This document shows, in pieces, positions 51,855-59,008 of a stretch of 64,000 nt of DNA. How positions within the stretch are numbered: the stretch's first letter is position 1; each line of letters starts with the position of its first letter. The stretch comes from Minisyncoccota bacterium (GTDB taxonomy: Bacteria; Patescibacteriota; Minisyncoccia; 2-02-FULL-40-12; IGHO2-01-FULL-4-A), in assembly GCA_036517175.1 (NCBI GenBank), contig DATDXQ010000028.1, positions 2,113 through 66,112 on the forward strand, read 5' to 3'. The notes beneath the pieces are model-generated. The model did not search any database and was not told where the DNA came from. It saw nothing but the letters and a program-made list of their open reading frames with translations. The position numbers were made by a program, and so were the translations under genes.

Positions 51855-52094
51855 CTATAAATTTTTTTCTAGAAATAACCTAGCTTTCCTAAATGCTTCA
51901 CCTCGATGAGATATTTTATTCTCATCCTCTGTCGTCATTTCAGCCAAAACTAAATTGGTACCTTCAGGAACAAATAGCCCACTGTAGGGCATCCCTGGTT
52001 GAAACTTTGCTCTAGGAGCTTCCAGTAATTGTCCATAGACTTTACCTGAAAAGAAATACTCATCGCCACTTGGTGCAACAACCACAAAGACCTT
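51855..52094 (-). pseudogene. rdgB: C-terminal fragment of non-canonical purine NTP pyrophosphatase (RdgB/Ham1)
   Basis: FSGKVYG..PR....Y..LFVPEG..LAEM..ENKISHRG; in-frame TGA just upstream and no N-terminal half. Confidence 0.8.
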
Positions 52095-52318
52095 TCAGCA
52101 ACGCCTTCATTGGATTCACTTTCCTTGAATAGCATGCGATACCTATTTGCCCGATCGTGTAATAAGATCCCTTCAAATTGAGTAAGGGCAAATCTTCCAA
52201 GTTTCTTCAGAATCACACAAACTTCTGGATTATTCCCGTTTACTTCAAGTTCTTTTTCAATTTCGCCAATAAATACTTGAATTGTGACTTCAACTGTAAT
52301 TTTAGACAACATATCCAT
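51950..52318 (-). CDS. Hypothetical protein whose 3' end runs out of frame into the rdgB fragment
   Basis: ORF with an upstream promoter-like sequence; overlaps the rdgB remnant. Confidence 0.45.
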   Translation of the reverse strand: MDMLSKITVEVTIQVFIGEIEKELEVNGNNPEVCVILKKLGRFALTQFEGILLHDRANRYRMLFKESESNEGVAERSLWLLHQVAMSISFQVKSMDNYWKLLEQSFNQGCPTVGYLFLKVPI

Positions 52319-52381
52319 TGTCTAACTACTATTTTAAAGAATAAACCAACAATACCATAGAAATATTGTATTGTAAAGTAC

Positions 52382-52453
52382 ATTGCTGAGCTGGGACTTA
52401 GTTGGAAATCGATATTATTGAATATCCAAGAGATTTACGCTTTCGCAAATTAA
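52382..52453 (+). repeat. Junction remnant, family A (IAELGLSWKSILLNIQEIYAFAN*)
   Basis: Manual translation; similar to 53944, 56511, 57483, 57876, 58251. Confidence 0.75.
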
Positions 52454-52487
52454 AAAGCCGAGCATAACTCGGTCCTACATTTTATGA

Positions 52488-52700
52488 TTAGGTTTTACTT
52501 TTAAAATGGTCGAACTTATACCAAAGATCATCAAAATACGCCTTACAAGATGTGCAATCAGCAAAATGCAGAAGATCTTCATATGTTAGTCCGCTAACAC
52601 ACATCTTATGAAATTGCCCCACAGTGAAGTGGGTTCCTAGAGGAATTTCTAATCCAGTTGGTTTTGGTTTCTTAAATCTCTTTAATAACCATACTAGCAT
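52488..52700 (-). CDS. Small hypothetical cargo protein (H..DCTSC)
   Basis: AGGAG RBS and TTGACA-N17-TATTGT promoter. Confidence 0.6.
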   Translation of the reverse strand: MLVWLLKRFKKPKPTGLEIPLGTHFTVGQFHKMCVSGLTYEDLLHFADCTSCKAYFDDLWYKFDHFKSKT

Positions 52701-52793
52701 TTTAGTCTCCTGTTATTAAGGAATAGGAAAAACAATACTTCTTCTTGTTAGCATTGTCAATCTATTGGGGAAGGTTACTTAAGGGAGTAAGAA

Positions 52794-53870
52794 TTACTTT
52801 TTATTGTTCTGCAAAGGGTGGGATTTATTCTTCTCTACCCTTTCTATCATAAATTTTACAGCCTCGTTCGTATTGATAAATTGTAGCTTTATATCTGGAA
52901 GGTTGTTGTGAAATACCCTAAATATTTCATCCGCAAAAGCTTGTCCAATCATAGGAACCTTATCAAAATCAAATACGACAGATTTAAATTTATCTAAACC
53001 AGACAATACTCTACGTGCTTGGGAGCGAGAAACAAATACACCACCTATTGTATACAGCTTTATCTTAACTTCAGTTTTATCAAATCCTTGATAACCGTCC
53101 TCATTTTCTCCAGTATATTTTCTAAATATATCGTTTAGGTGCCTATCTGAATCTATCGAAATAGAAAAACTAACTTTAGTACCCTTTCTTATAGCTTTTG
53201 GTTTTTGTAAGAAAACATCATTAATTCTGTTGTTTACTATAACTAGTCTGTATCCAAAACTATCTAAATTAAACAGGTCGCCAGCCCTTGAAGTAAAGAA
53301 AATACCCTCACCAGAATGAGATTTAGGTTGTGTGGTTGTTTTTCCTTTCAATAAATCCTGAATGGCCTCGAGCTCCGATTTAAGAGTTCTTTTGACCATT
53401 ATGTTTTTATATACTCCAATTCCAGAATCTATTACATCAAAGAAAAGCTTCTTATTTTCAATTCTGACCTCGACCGTAATATTCTTTGATTTTGAATGCT
53501 CAATAGCATTGTTGAGCATCTCAGAAAAAGCATAAGTAAAAATACTCCTAACATTTTCCTTGAGGGTCAAGATAAGGGGAAACTTATTCTCTAGTTCATT
53601 CAAAACCTTGTGCTCTTCCAGCCCCTTATTCTTTAACGTTTTTTTTATTTTGTTAGGAAAAAGTTCTAAGTGGTTCGCAGCGTATTTAGGATTTAGATAT
53701 GAAGCCTTACTAGTTGAGCCGGTCTTTACTATTTTTCTCTCATTGACCAACTGTTTTAATAAAAAGCTTATATATTGCCTAGAAACGCCAAATATAGAGA
53801 CTAGATCCCTAGTTTTTAATTGTTTTTTTTGCTCTAAAATATTTAGTATTGTTTCTTTAGACAACTTCAT
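52794..53870 (-). CDS. HTH + HATPase (anti-sigma-like) + STAS-like DUF4325 protein
   Basis: VSRQYI HTH; EMLNNAIEHS, DSGIG, HSGEGIFF; SRSQARR, DF.KV..IGQAFADEIFR. Confidence 0.85.
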   Translation of the reverse strand: MKLSKETILNILEQKKQLKTRDLVSIFGVSRQYISFLLKQLVNERKIVKTGSTSKASYLNPKYAANHLELFPNKIKKTLKNKGLEEHKVLNELENKFPLILTLKENVRSIFTYAFSEMLNNAIEHSKSKNITVEVRIENKKLFFDVIDSGIGVYKNIMVKRTLKSELEAIQDLLKGKTTTQPKSHSGEGIFFTSRAGDLFNLDSFGYRLVIVNNRINDVFLQKPKAIRKGTKVSFSISIDSDRHLNDIFRKYTGENEDGYQGFDKTEVKIKLYTIGGVFVSRSQARRVLSGLDKFKSVVFDFDKVPMIGQAFADEIFRVFHNNLPDIKLQFINTNEAVKFMIERVEKNKSHPLQNNKK

Positions 53871-53877
53871 TGACTTA

Positions 53878-53940
53878 AGTATATCAGTTGTAAAGCGGTT
53901 GTCAAGTAGTCTGGGGACGGTTGTCAACTTGGTTGTAAAG
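53878..53940 (-). promoter_or_regulatory. Leaderless promoter overlapped by four phased GTTGT(A/C)AA repeats
   Basis: TTGACA-N16-TATACT-N7-ATG; repeats at 53887, 53898, 53920, 53932. Confidence 0.65.
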
Positions 53941-53943
53941 TTA

Positions 53944-54051
53944 GTGGCCGAGCTAGGTCTTCGTTGCTTCGCTCCTCCGAAGCTTTAGCAAAGGAGGGGG
54001 CATTTATTGATACCGAATATCCGGGAGATTTACTATTTTGCTACAAATTAA
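53944..54051 (+). repeat. Junction remnant, family A (VAELGLR[W]HLLIPNIREIYYFATN*) interrupted by a 33-bp REP-like hairpin
   Basis: Removing 53966-53998 restores TGG and the reading frame. Confidence 0.75.
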
Positions 54052-54115
54052 AAAGCGCCCTTCGATAAACTCAGAGCACTTCTTAATCTCAGTTTACACT
54101 GAGCTTGTCGAAGTG

Positions 54116-54205
54116 TTGCGGGGACAATCAATCGTTGGAACTACTTCTAAGCGATTAGTTGAGAAAGTTTTTAGGTATTACTTAAAAATAAAACCTATCG
54201 ATTAA
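54116..54205 (+). repeat. Junction remnant, family B (LRGQSIVGTTSKRLVEKVFRYYLKIK..*)
   Basis: Starts TGTTGCGGGG like the tRNA 3' end; similar to 54765 and 58901-59008. Confidence 0.75.
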
Positions 54206-54222
54206 GATAGGTGTTGGAAATA

Positions 54223-54633
54223 TCATCTACGGCCAGACCAGTTTTTACCACAGTCATCGCACCAATAGGCAGTAAAATCATATTCAGATTTTGATTTTAG
54301 GTTTGGGTGTTGGCATCTTTTTTGCAGTTCTATCAATTCATTTTCTACTACAGTAAGTTGGGCTTGAACTCCCTTTTTTCGAGACTCAATTTTTTTTCGG
54401 AGCTCAATTACATTATTCTGGGTAGCCTGAACAGATTCCTTAAATTCTTGACATCGGCAAGCGTTACAGCTTGTCCCAACTTTAATATTTTCTGACAATC
54501 CAATGTGATTATGATAATTGCGTGGGTGGCCACATTCACAGATTAATTCTGGATTGTAACGGCCAAAGACAGAGTGTGATACTTCGCTCACGCTCAACTC
54601 TTTGTTGTAAATTATCTGCCTAGAGAATATCAC
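54223..54633 (-). CDS. Cys-rich (Zn-finger/coiled-coil) hypothetical cargo; start uncertain
   Basis: CECGH..H..CNACRC; C.H..CDDCG. Confidence 0.6.
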   Translation of the reverse strand: MIFSRQIIYNKELSVSEVSHSVFGRYNPELICECGHPRNYHNHIGLSENIKVGTSCNACRCQEFKESVQATQNNVIELRKKIESRKKGVQAQLTVVENELIELQKRCQHPNLKSKSEYDFTAYWCDDCGKNWSGRR

Positions 54634-54764
54634 CCAAAAACCTTTTAATCAATATCCCTGCTGTCCCTCGATTTCCTCGGGATAAATCATTCCTTCGATA
54701 GTTCGGCAGGCACTTCGGCCGTGAGCCCAGCACCGAATGGCTCACTACTTGATCAGGGCAAGAC

Positions 54765-54824
54765 TGCAAGCGATTAGTTGAAAGGGTGTTTAAATATTAC
54801 TTAGAAAATAAAAAAGAGGGATAA
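54765..54824 (+). repeat. Junction remnant, family B (CKRLVERVFKYYLENKKEG*)
   Basis: Manual translation; 5' part replaced by a REP-like cluster at about 54655-54762. Confidence 0.7.
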
Positions 54825-54829
54825 ATCCC

Positions 54830-55276
54830 TCATCTTGGAATAGCAGCAATTCCTCTGATTTCTACCATCGTATCTTCCAAGGGGTACTCCCACGGCACTT
54901 CTGATACCCAAACCTGACACCTGGCAGGCATGTTTCCTTTTTCTCTTGTAATACCGTATTGAGCAAAAAATTCACAGTAGGCAGAATTATAATCTTCACG
55001 GGATTTCTTTCGGTCTTTACAATCTTTCAAAAATACATCCATTGCTACAAACGAGCTGGCATCACCGCCTGCCTCCTCAACGATAGCAAGCATATTTTTC
55101 AATACTTGAGCGGTCTGTGGCCCATAACCACCTTCAACAACTGGCTCGCCATCACGGCTTTTATCATTTCCTGTTTGCCCAGCAAGAAAAAGAATTTTGT
55201 GGTTCATCGGGTCTACTAATACACCCTGACTGTATGCACCTGGAGTGGGAGTCTTATCAGTAAAAATATTCTGCAT
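54830..55276 (-). CDS. RidA/YjgF family protein
   Basis: GAYSQG, LFLAGQ, QTAQVLKN, PAR, VEI. Confidence 0.88.
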   Translation of the reverse strand: MQNIFTDKTPTPGAYSQGVLVDPMNHKILFLAGQTGNDKSRDGEPVVEGGYGPQTAQVLKNMLAIVEEAGGDASSFVAMDVFLKDCKDRKKSREDYNSAYCEFFAQYGITREKGNMPARCQVWVSEVPWEYPLEDTMVEIRGIAAIPR

Positions 55277-55324
55277 TGTCTTTCTCCTTGTCAAAAATCA
55301 AAGTGATATTATCCTATCATATAT

Positions 55325-55591
55325 TTACAATAAGTCTAGCCCGGCTGATTTATCAGAACAAAAAAGCCGAGGGTTAGTCGGCATTTTGGGTAGTGCCCAA
55401 TTTGTAGGTGGATGGCGCAAGGGCTTCTTTATTCCACAATCCCAACAGTGACCACAATCGCTTATTAAATAATCGTGGTCGCAGGCCCACTTACCTACAT
55501 CGTCAGCACTAATTCTTTTTTTGAGGCCACTCAAACGAATTCTTAACACAAGATATTTAGCATTAGGGGCACGTTCGTATTCTGCTTTCAT
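55325..55591 (-). CDS. Cys-rich hypothetical cargo
   Basis: CDH..CGHCWDCG; starts immediately after the upstream stop. Confidence 0.5.
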   Translation of the reverse strand: MKAEYERAPNAKYLVLRIRLSGLKKRISADDVGKWACDHDYLISDCGHCWDCGIKKPLRHPPTNWALPKMPTNPRLFCSDKSAGLDLL

Positions 55592-55592
55592 T

Positions 55593-55811
55593 TTATTTCC
55601 AACCCAATACTTTCCAACCGTGTTCAGCATATAGGCCAAGGCCGTCTTTTCCTTCACAGCATTCAAGGAATGCATTTTCTGTATCAGACCAATAGAAATC
55701 GCCTGTAGAAACTTTTACACCAGGTCCTTCAAAGCGAAGCTTTACTGGTCTCGCCGTTCTCTTGGATGGTTCTGTGGTTTTCCAATTTCTATTTCTTGCT
55801 TTGGTAGCCAT
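55593..55811 (-). CDS. Small hypothetical cargo protein
   Basis: GGAGG RBS, palindromic promoter at 55846-55875. Confidence 0.55.
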   Translation of the reverse strand: MATKARNRNWKTTEPSKRTARPVKLRFEGPGVKVSTGDFYWSDTENAFLECCEGKDGLGLYAEHGWKVLGWK

Positions 55812-56072
55812 TCTCTTCCTCCGATAATTTCAATGAACCTGGAAACAAAATACACCTTATTGGTGTATTTTGCAAAATGCCAACCAGGTCTGGGACCCGG
55901 GAAAATTGTACTCGCCGCCTACTGGTGCTGGGCATACCACGACTTCTGTCTCTGGCATTTCGGAGCTCTCGCTCCTCAACTGTCACTCGCCAAAAGGTAT
56001 GTACCACACCTGCTGGCTTTGGTGTTTGGGCAAATCAAAAAGCGGCTAATGCCGCTTTAAACAACTGTTCAA

Positions 56073-56357
56073 TTAGTAAATAGCGAGGGTTTGTCCATTT
56101 ATTACTATCGCCACATCCCTATCCAACGAAGTACATTCAGAATCTACAACAAAATCATCGTTTTTCGTCCGTATCAAAAGAACCAGATGTGCTGGAAATC
56201 CCTCCTTCACTACAAGATCAAAACTAATATCCCCGCTAGAAACATCGCGTAGTTTTTTTCTTGTTTCAAAAACCGCTTCTGAATTTTCTATTGTACGCCC
56301 AGTCTCCTCCAGTGCTATAATCCGATCTTCTTGAGCAGATAACTGCCTTATTTTCAT
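56073..56357 (-). CDS. Hypothetical cargo protein
   Basis: AGGAG RBS, TTGACA-N17-TATTAT promoter, terminator near 56040-56060. Confidence 0.6.
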   Translation of the reverse strand: MKIRQLSAQEDRIIALEETGRTIENSEAVFETRKKLRDVSSGDISFDLVVKEGFPAHLVLLIRTKNDDFVVDSECTSLDRDVAIVINGQTLAIY

Positions 56358-56510
56358 AACGACTCCTATTTTAAAAGACAATACAATAATACAACCTACA
56401 TGTGGTATTGTCAATCTACACTTTGGCCTGCACATCCACTCTATTGAGCTCTGTATTTCTTCGTTCTCACTCAGTCACTGGCCTCAGTACAAAATTACCT
56501 TCATTCGCTT

Positions 56511-56583
56511 GTTGCAGAGCTTCGACAGAATTGCCTGCCTGCCGTAGCTTTAGCAAAGTAGGGTGAGGAGTTGGTAAAAATAA
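56511..56583 (+). repeat. Junction remnant, family A (VAELRQN[W]..), REP-interrupted and truncated
   Basis: GTTGCAGAG start; hairpin CCTGCCGTAGCTTTAGCAAAGTAGG inserted at the Trp codon. Confidence 0.55.
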
Positions 56584-56623
56584 AACCGAGGAGAGCTCGG
56601 TATTGGTAAAACGTAATTATTTA

Positions 56624-57358
56624 TTAGTATTCTGCGACTGTTAAATTCATGGATAAATCTAAAAAGGAATCTACGCAGAGAAATGGCCCACCGGGGGTTT
56701 CAAATGTTCTTTTATTTTGTAAGACTGGTTCGACACACACATAATCTTTAGGTGCATCGGTCCACAAGACAAGTTGGGATTTGACTGGCGCAAACGCTCC
56801 TCCAAGCTCCATCATTATATTTTTGCTTGGCATAGCGATAAGAATGGCCTCACTACTTATTCCTACTGATCTCGATTCACAAGAAAAACCATTGTAGGCA
56901 GCTCCACCATTCAAAACTCTTACAGTGCTCTCGTCTTTACATCCAAAATACGGATGAAATGCTGGAAGCACTGGGGCTGGTATAACTTCTTTGTCATCCA
57001 TCCGATCTATACGTAATGTCATCTTCAATCCATTAGTATATGCGTAGACTCCAATCTCGTATCCTAAAGACCATGGATAGCTTTCATTCCCAGGATGATG
57101 AAAAATTAGTTTGGCATTATTAGATTCGAGTTTTACATCTCGGGCCTCCAAATCTCGTAGATAACCATGCTTCTTCTTGCTTCTTGGGGATTGACCAAAC
57201 CATGGAGCACATATATGACAGCCACCACGTGCCTTATCTCCAATTTGGCGCCAAGGATACAATATCTCTAGCTTATCTACTACGGCAGAGGTAATAGTCC
57301 CGCCAGTAGAAGAGAGGTGAATTTCCGTTTGGCCATTTCTAATAACAATATCTTCCAT
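56624..57358 (-). CDS. Aldose 1-epimerase / D-hexose-6-phosphate mutarotase family
   Basis: RGG...PWFG, HGYLR, AFHPYF, YVCVEP; GGAGG RBS. Confidence 0.85.
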   Translation of the reverse strand: MEDIVIRNGQTEIHLSSTGGTITSAVVDKLEILYPWRQIGDKARGGCHICAPWFGQSPRSKKKHGYLRDLEARDVKLESNNAKLIFHHPGNESYPWSLGYEIGVYAYTNGLKMTLRIDRMDDKEVIPAPVLPAFHPYFGCKDESTVRVLNGGAAYNGFSCESRSVGISSEAILIAMPSKNIMMELGGAFAPVKSQLVLWTDAPKDYVCVEPVLQNKRTFETPGGPFLCVDSFLDLSMNLTVAEY

Positions 57359-57482
57359 CGTGTCCTCCAGACCTAGCAAATTGTTAAATAGATAATAAAA
57401 AAATAGCACTTCATTGCTATTTTGTCAATATATTCTTGCCCTTCGTGATTACACTCAGGGCTGCGTCGGCCTTCGCCTCCTT

Positions 57483-57554
57483 GTTGCAGAAGTGTTGCGT
57501 GATTGGCAACAAATACTGCTTGATTTGAAAGAAGTCTACACTTTTGCAAATTAA
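57483..57554 (+). repeat. Junction remnant, family A (VAEVLRDWQQILLDLKEVYTFAN*)
   Basis: Manual translation. Confidence 0.75.
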
Positions 57555-57565
57555 AAAGTGCGATA

Positions 57566-57793
57566 TTATCGCACTTCAAATCTTCGGCCAAACCAATAAC
57601 AGCCGGGTTCTTCTTGAAGTTCCATTCGGCCACCCTCGTTATGCCATTGGGCAGGATTGTCTGCAAAAAGAGTTCTGCACTTATCGGAAGGTATAAATTC
57701 TTTTACAGTATATTTTCTTCCTTTTGTCAGCGCTGGTCCAATACCTTCCATTTTTTCATCAACACATTCGACCGTCTGGCCTTCTTGAAACAT
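57566..57793 (-). CDS. Small hypothetical cargo (SH3-like, phage-type MF..GQ.V.CVD..LTKG..YTV..RF)
   Basis: AAGGAG RBS and palindromic promoter. Confidence 0.65.
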   Translation of the reverse strand: MFQEGQTVECVDEKMEGIGPALTKGRKYTVKEFIPSDKCRTLFADNPAQWHNEGGRMELQEEPGCYWFGRRFEVR

Positions 57794-57875
57794 ACACTTC
57801 TCCTTGTTAATTTAGCTGAAAACAAAATACACCAATAAGGTGTATTTTGCAACTTATGCCAATCTTGTCTCATTT

Positions 57876-57950
57876 GTTGCGGAACTCTTACGCAGTTGAC
57901 ACCTTTTGATACCGAATATACAAAAGATTTGCAATTTTGCTCTGGTATAA
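57876..57950 (+). repeat. Junction remnant, family A (VAELLRS*HLLIPNIQKICNFALV*)
   Basis: Conserved Trp codon mutated to TGA. Confidence 0.75.
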
Positions 57951-58146
57951 AAAGTGAACCCCCGGGTCGTGGCCACGACATCGGGGGTTAATGTGCACGG
58001 ATTGTTTACCGTGCTGCCTGTTTTCGACCTTGCGGTCGGGCGACCTCCAATAGGGTTTGGGGAGCCTAGGCTCCTTATCCGCCTGTGGCGGACCTACCTT
58101 CGAACCCTCCTCTCGAGAAGCTACCTCAAGAGAAACTCAATGTTGT
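57950..58146 (-). ncRNA. Candidate ~190-nt structured ncRNA
   Basis: GC-rich, several hairpins including a GCAA tetraloop, own TTGACT-N17-TATACT promoter and terminal hairpin + U tract, no credible ORF. Confidence 0.6.
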
Positions 58147-58250
58147 GAATTAAGTATAGCATATCCTAAGTATAAAGTCAATAGCAACCAAAAACAGCCC
58201 TTGAAAGCTGTTTTTGCAAAGTGCCAAATGGGTCTGGGACCTGGAAATTT

Positions 58251-58328
58251 GTTGCAGAATTAGGACTTCGTTGGTATTTAATATTACCGGGTATCAAAGA
58301 AATTTATCAGTTTAATCTTGTAAATTAA
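58251..58328 (+). repeat. Junction remnant, family A (VAELGLRWYLILPGIKEIYQFNLVN*)
   Basis: Manual translation. Confidence 0.75.
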
Positions 58329-58346
58329 AAGTCCGCAAAGCGGACA

Positions 58347-58532
58347 TTAGATAGATTTGGGAATTTTACCTTTACCATTGCAGGTCGGGCAGGTTGTAGT
58401 TCTGGTTTCTGGCATTGGAAAACCAAATAATCCTATATATGCAGCGTTCATGATTGTTTCTGTCTTTGAGCCAGACCCGCTGCAATTCCAGCAGATCTGC
58501 TCTTTATTTTGATCTTTGTTGGTTGCCACCAT
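58347..58532 (-). CDS. Small DnaJ-type zinc-finger protein
   Basis: CWNCSGSG and CPTCNGKG (two CxxCxGxG motifs). Confidence 0.7.
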   Translation of the reverse strand: MVATNKDQNKEQICWNCSGSGSKTETIMNAAYIGLFGFPMPETRTTTCPTCNGKGKIPKSI

Positions 58533-58698
58533 ACTATCACCCCCTATCTGTGTTAAGGAACAATAAAACAATACGCCATTTCTGGCGTATTGTCAATATT
58601 TGCACTTCGGCCTGTTGGCCTCAGTACAAAATTACCTTCGTAATTTATTTTTGTACCCTTCGGCTGTTGCCTACGGGCACTGCGTCGCCTTCGCTCCT

Positions 58699-58718
58699 TG
58701 TTGCGGGGGCAGGATTTG
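58699..58718 (+). repeat. 20-bp direct repeat of the tRNA-fMet 3' end (att-like)
   Basis: TGTTGCGGGGGCAGGATTTG, identical to 60584-60603. Confidence 0.9.
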
Positions 58719-58900
58719 GTTTCGCCTCTCGTTGGCTTCCGCCTCCTCGGGCTAACCACCACCTCGCGTGACTTTATGCCAATTGCATAAAGTCACATGC
58801 TCCGGCGTTCAAATACTGACGAAAGTGACACGGGTCACTTCCTCTCCCCGCAAACATATACGATAAATATAAACGGCTCACATGGTGAGCCGTTTATATT

Positions 58901-59008
58901 TTGGGGCAATCAAATGTTGGAACCCTTCGACTACGCTCAGGACAGGCTTGTAAAAGATTAGTTGAGAATATATTTAGATATTATTTGGAGAATAAAAACG
59001 GCATTTAG
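58901..59008 (+). repeat. Junction remnant, family B (LGQSNVGT[REP]CKRLVENIFRYYLENKNGI*)
   Basis: Similar to 54116 and 54765; REP-like CCCTTCGACTACGCTCAGGACAGG inserted. Confidence 0.72.

Noticed and set aside
53560-53988. 142-aa + strand ORF ending in VAELGLR
   Set aside because: Antisense shadow of the HATPase gene; it does not resemble a recombinase body, and only its last codons belong to the junction remnant
55789-56083. Three overlapping 68-75 aa ORFs
   Set aside because: They span promoter, repeat and terminator elements and have no RBS or motif support
57876-57950. TGA recoding (genetic code 25 or 4)
   Set aside because: TGA terminates normal genes in this window (SDR, neuB, gmd), so this TGA is a decay mutation
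58699-58853. Second tRNA gene or intron-containing tRNA
   Set aside because: Only the acceptor/T-arm portion is present; there is no D arm or anticodon arm
52382-59008. CRISPR array or classical integron attC array
   Set aside because: Repeats are diverged, irregularly spaced and conserved at the peptide level; there is no cas or intI gene and no RYYYAAC..GTTRRRY attC fold
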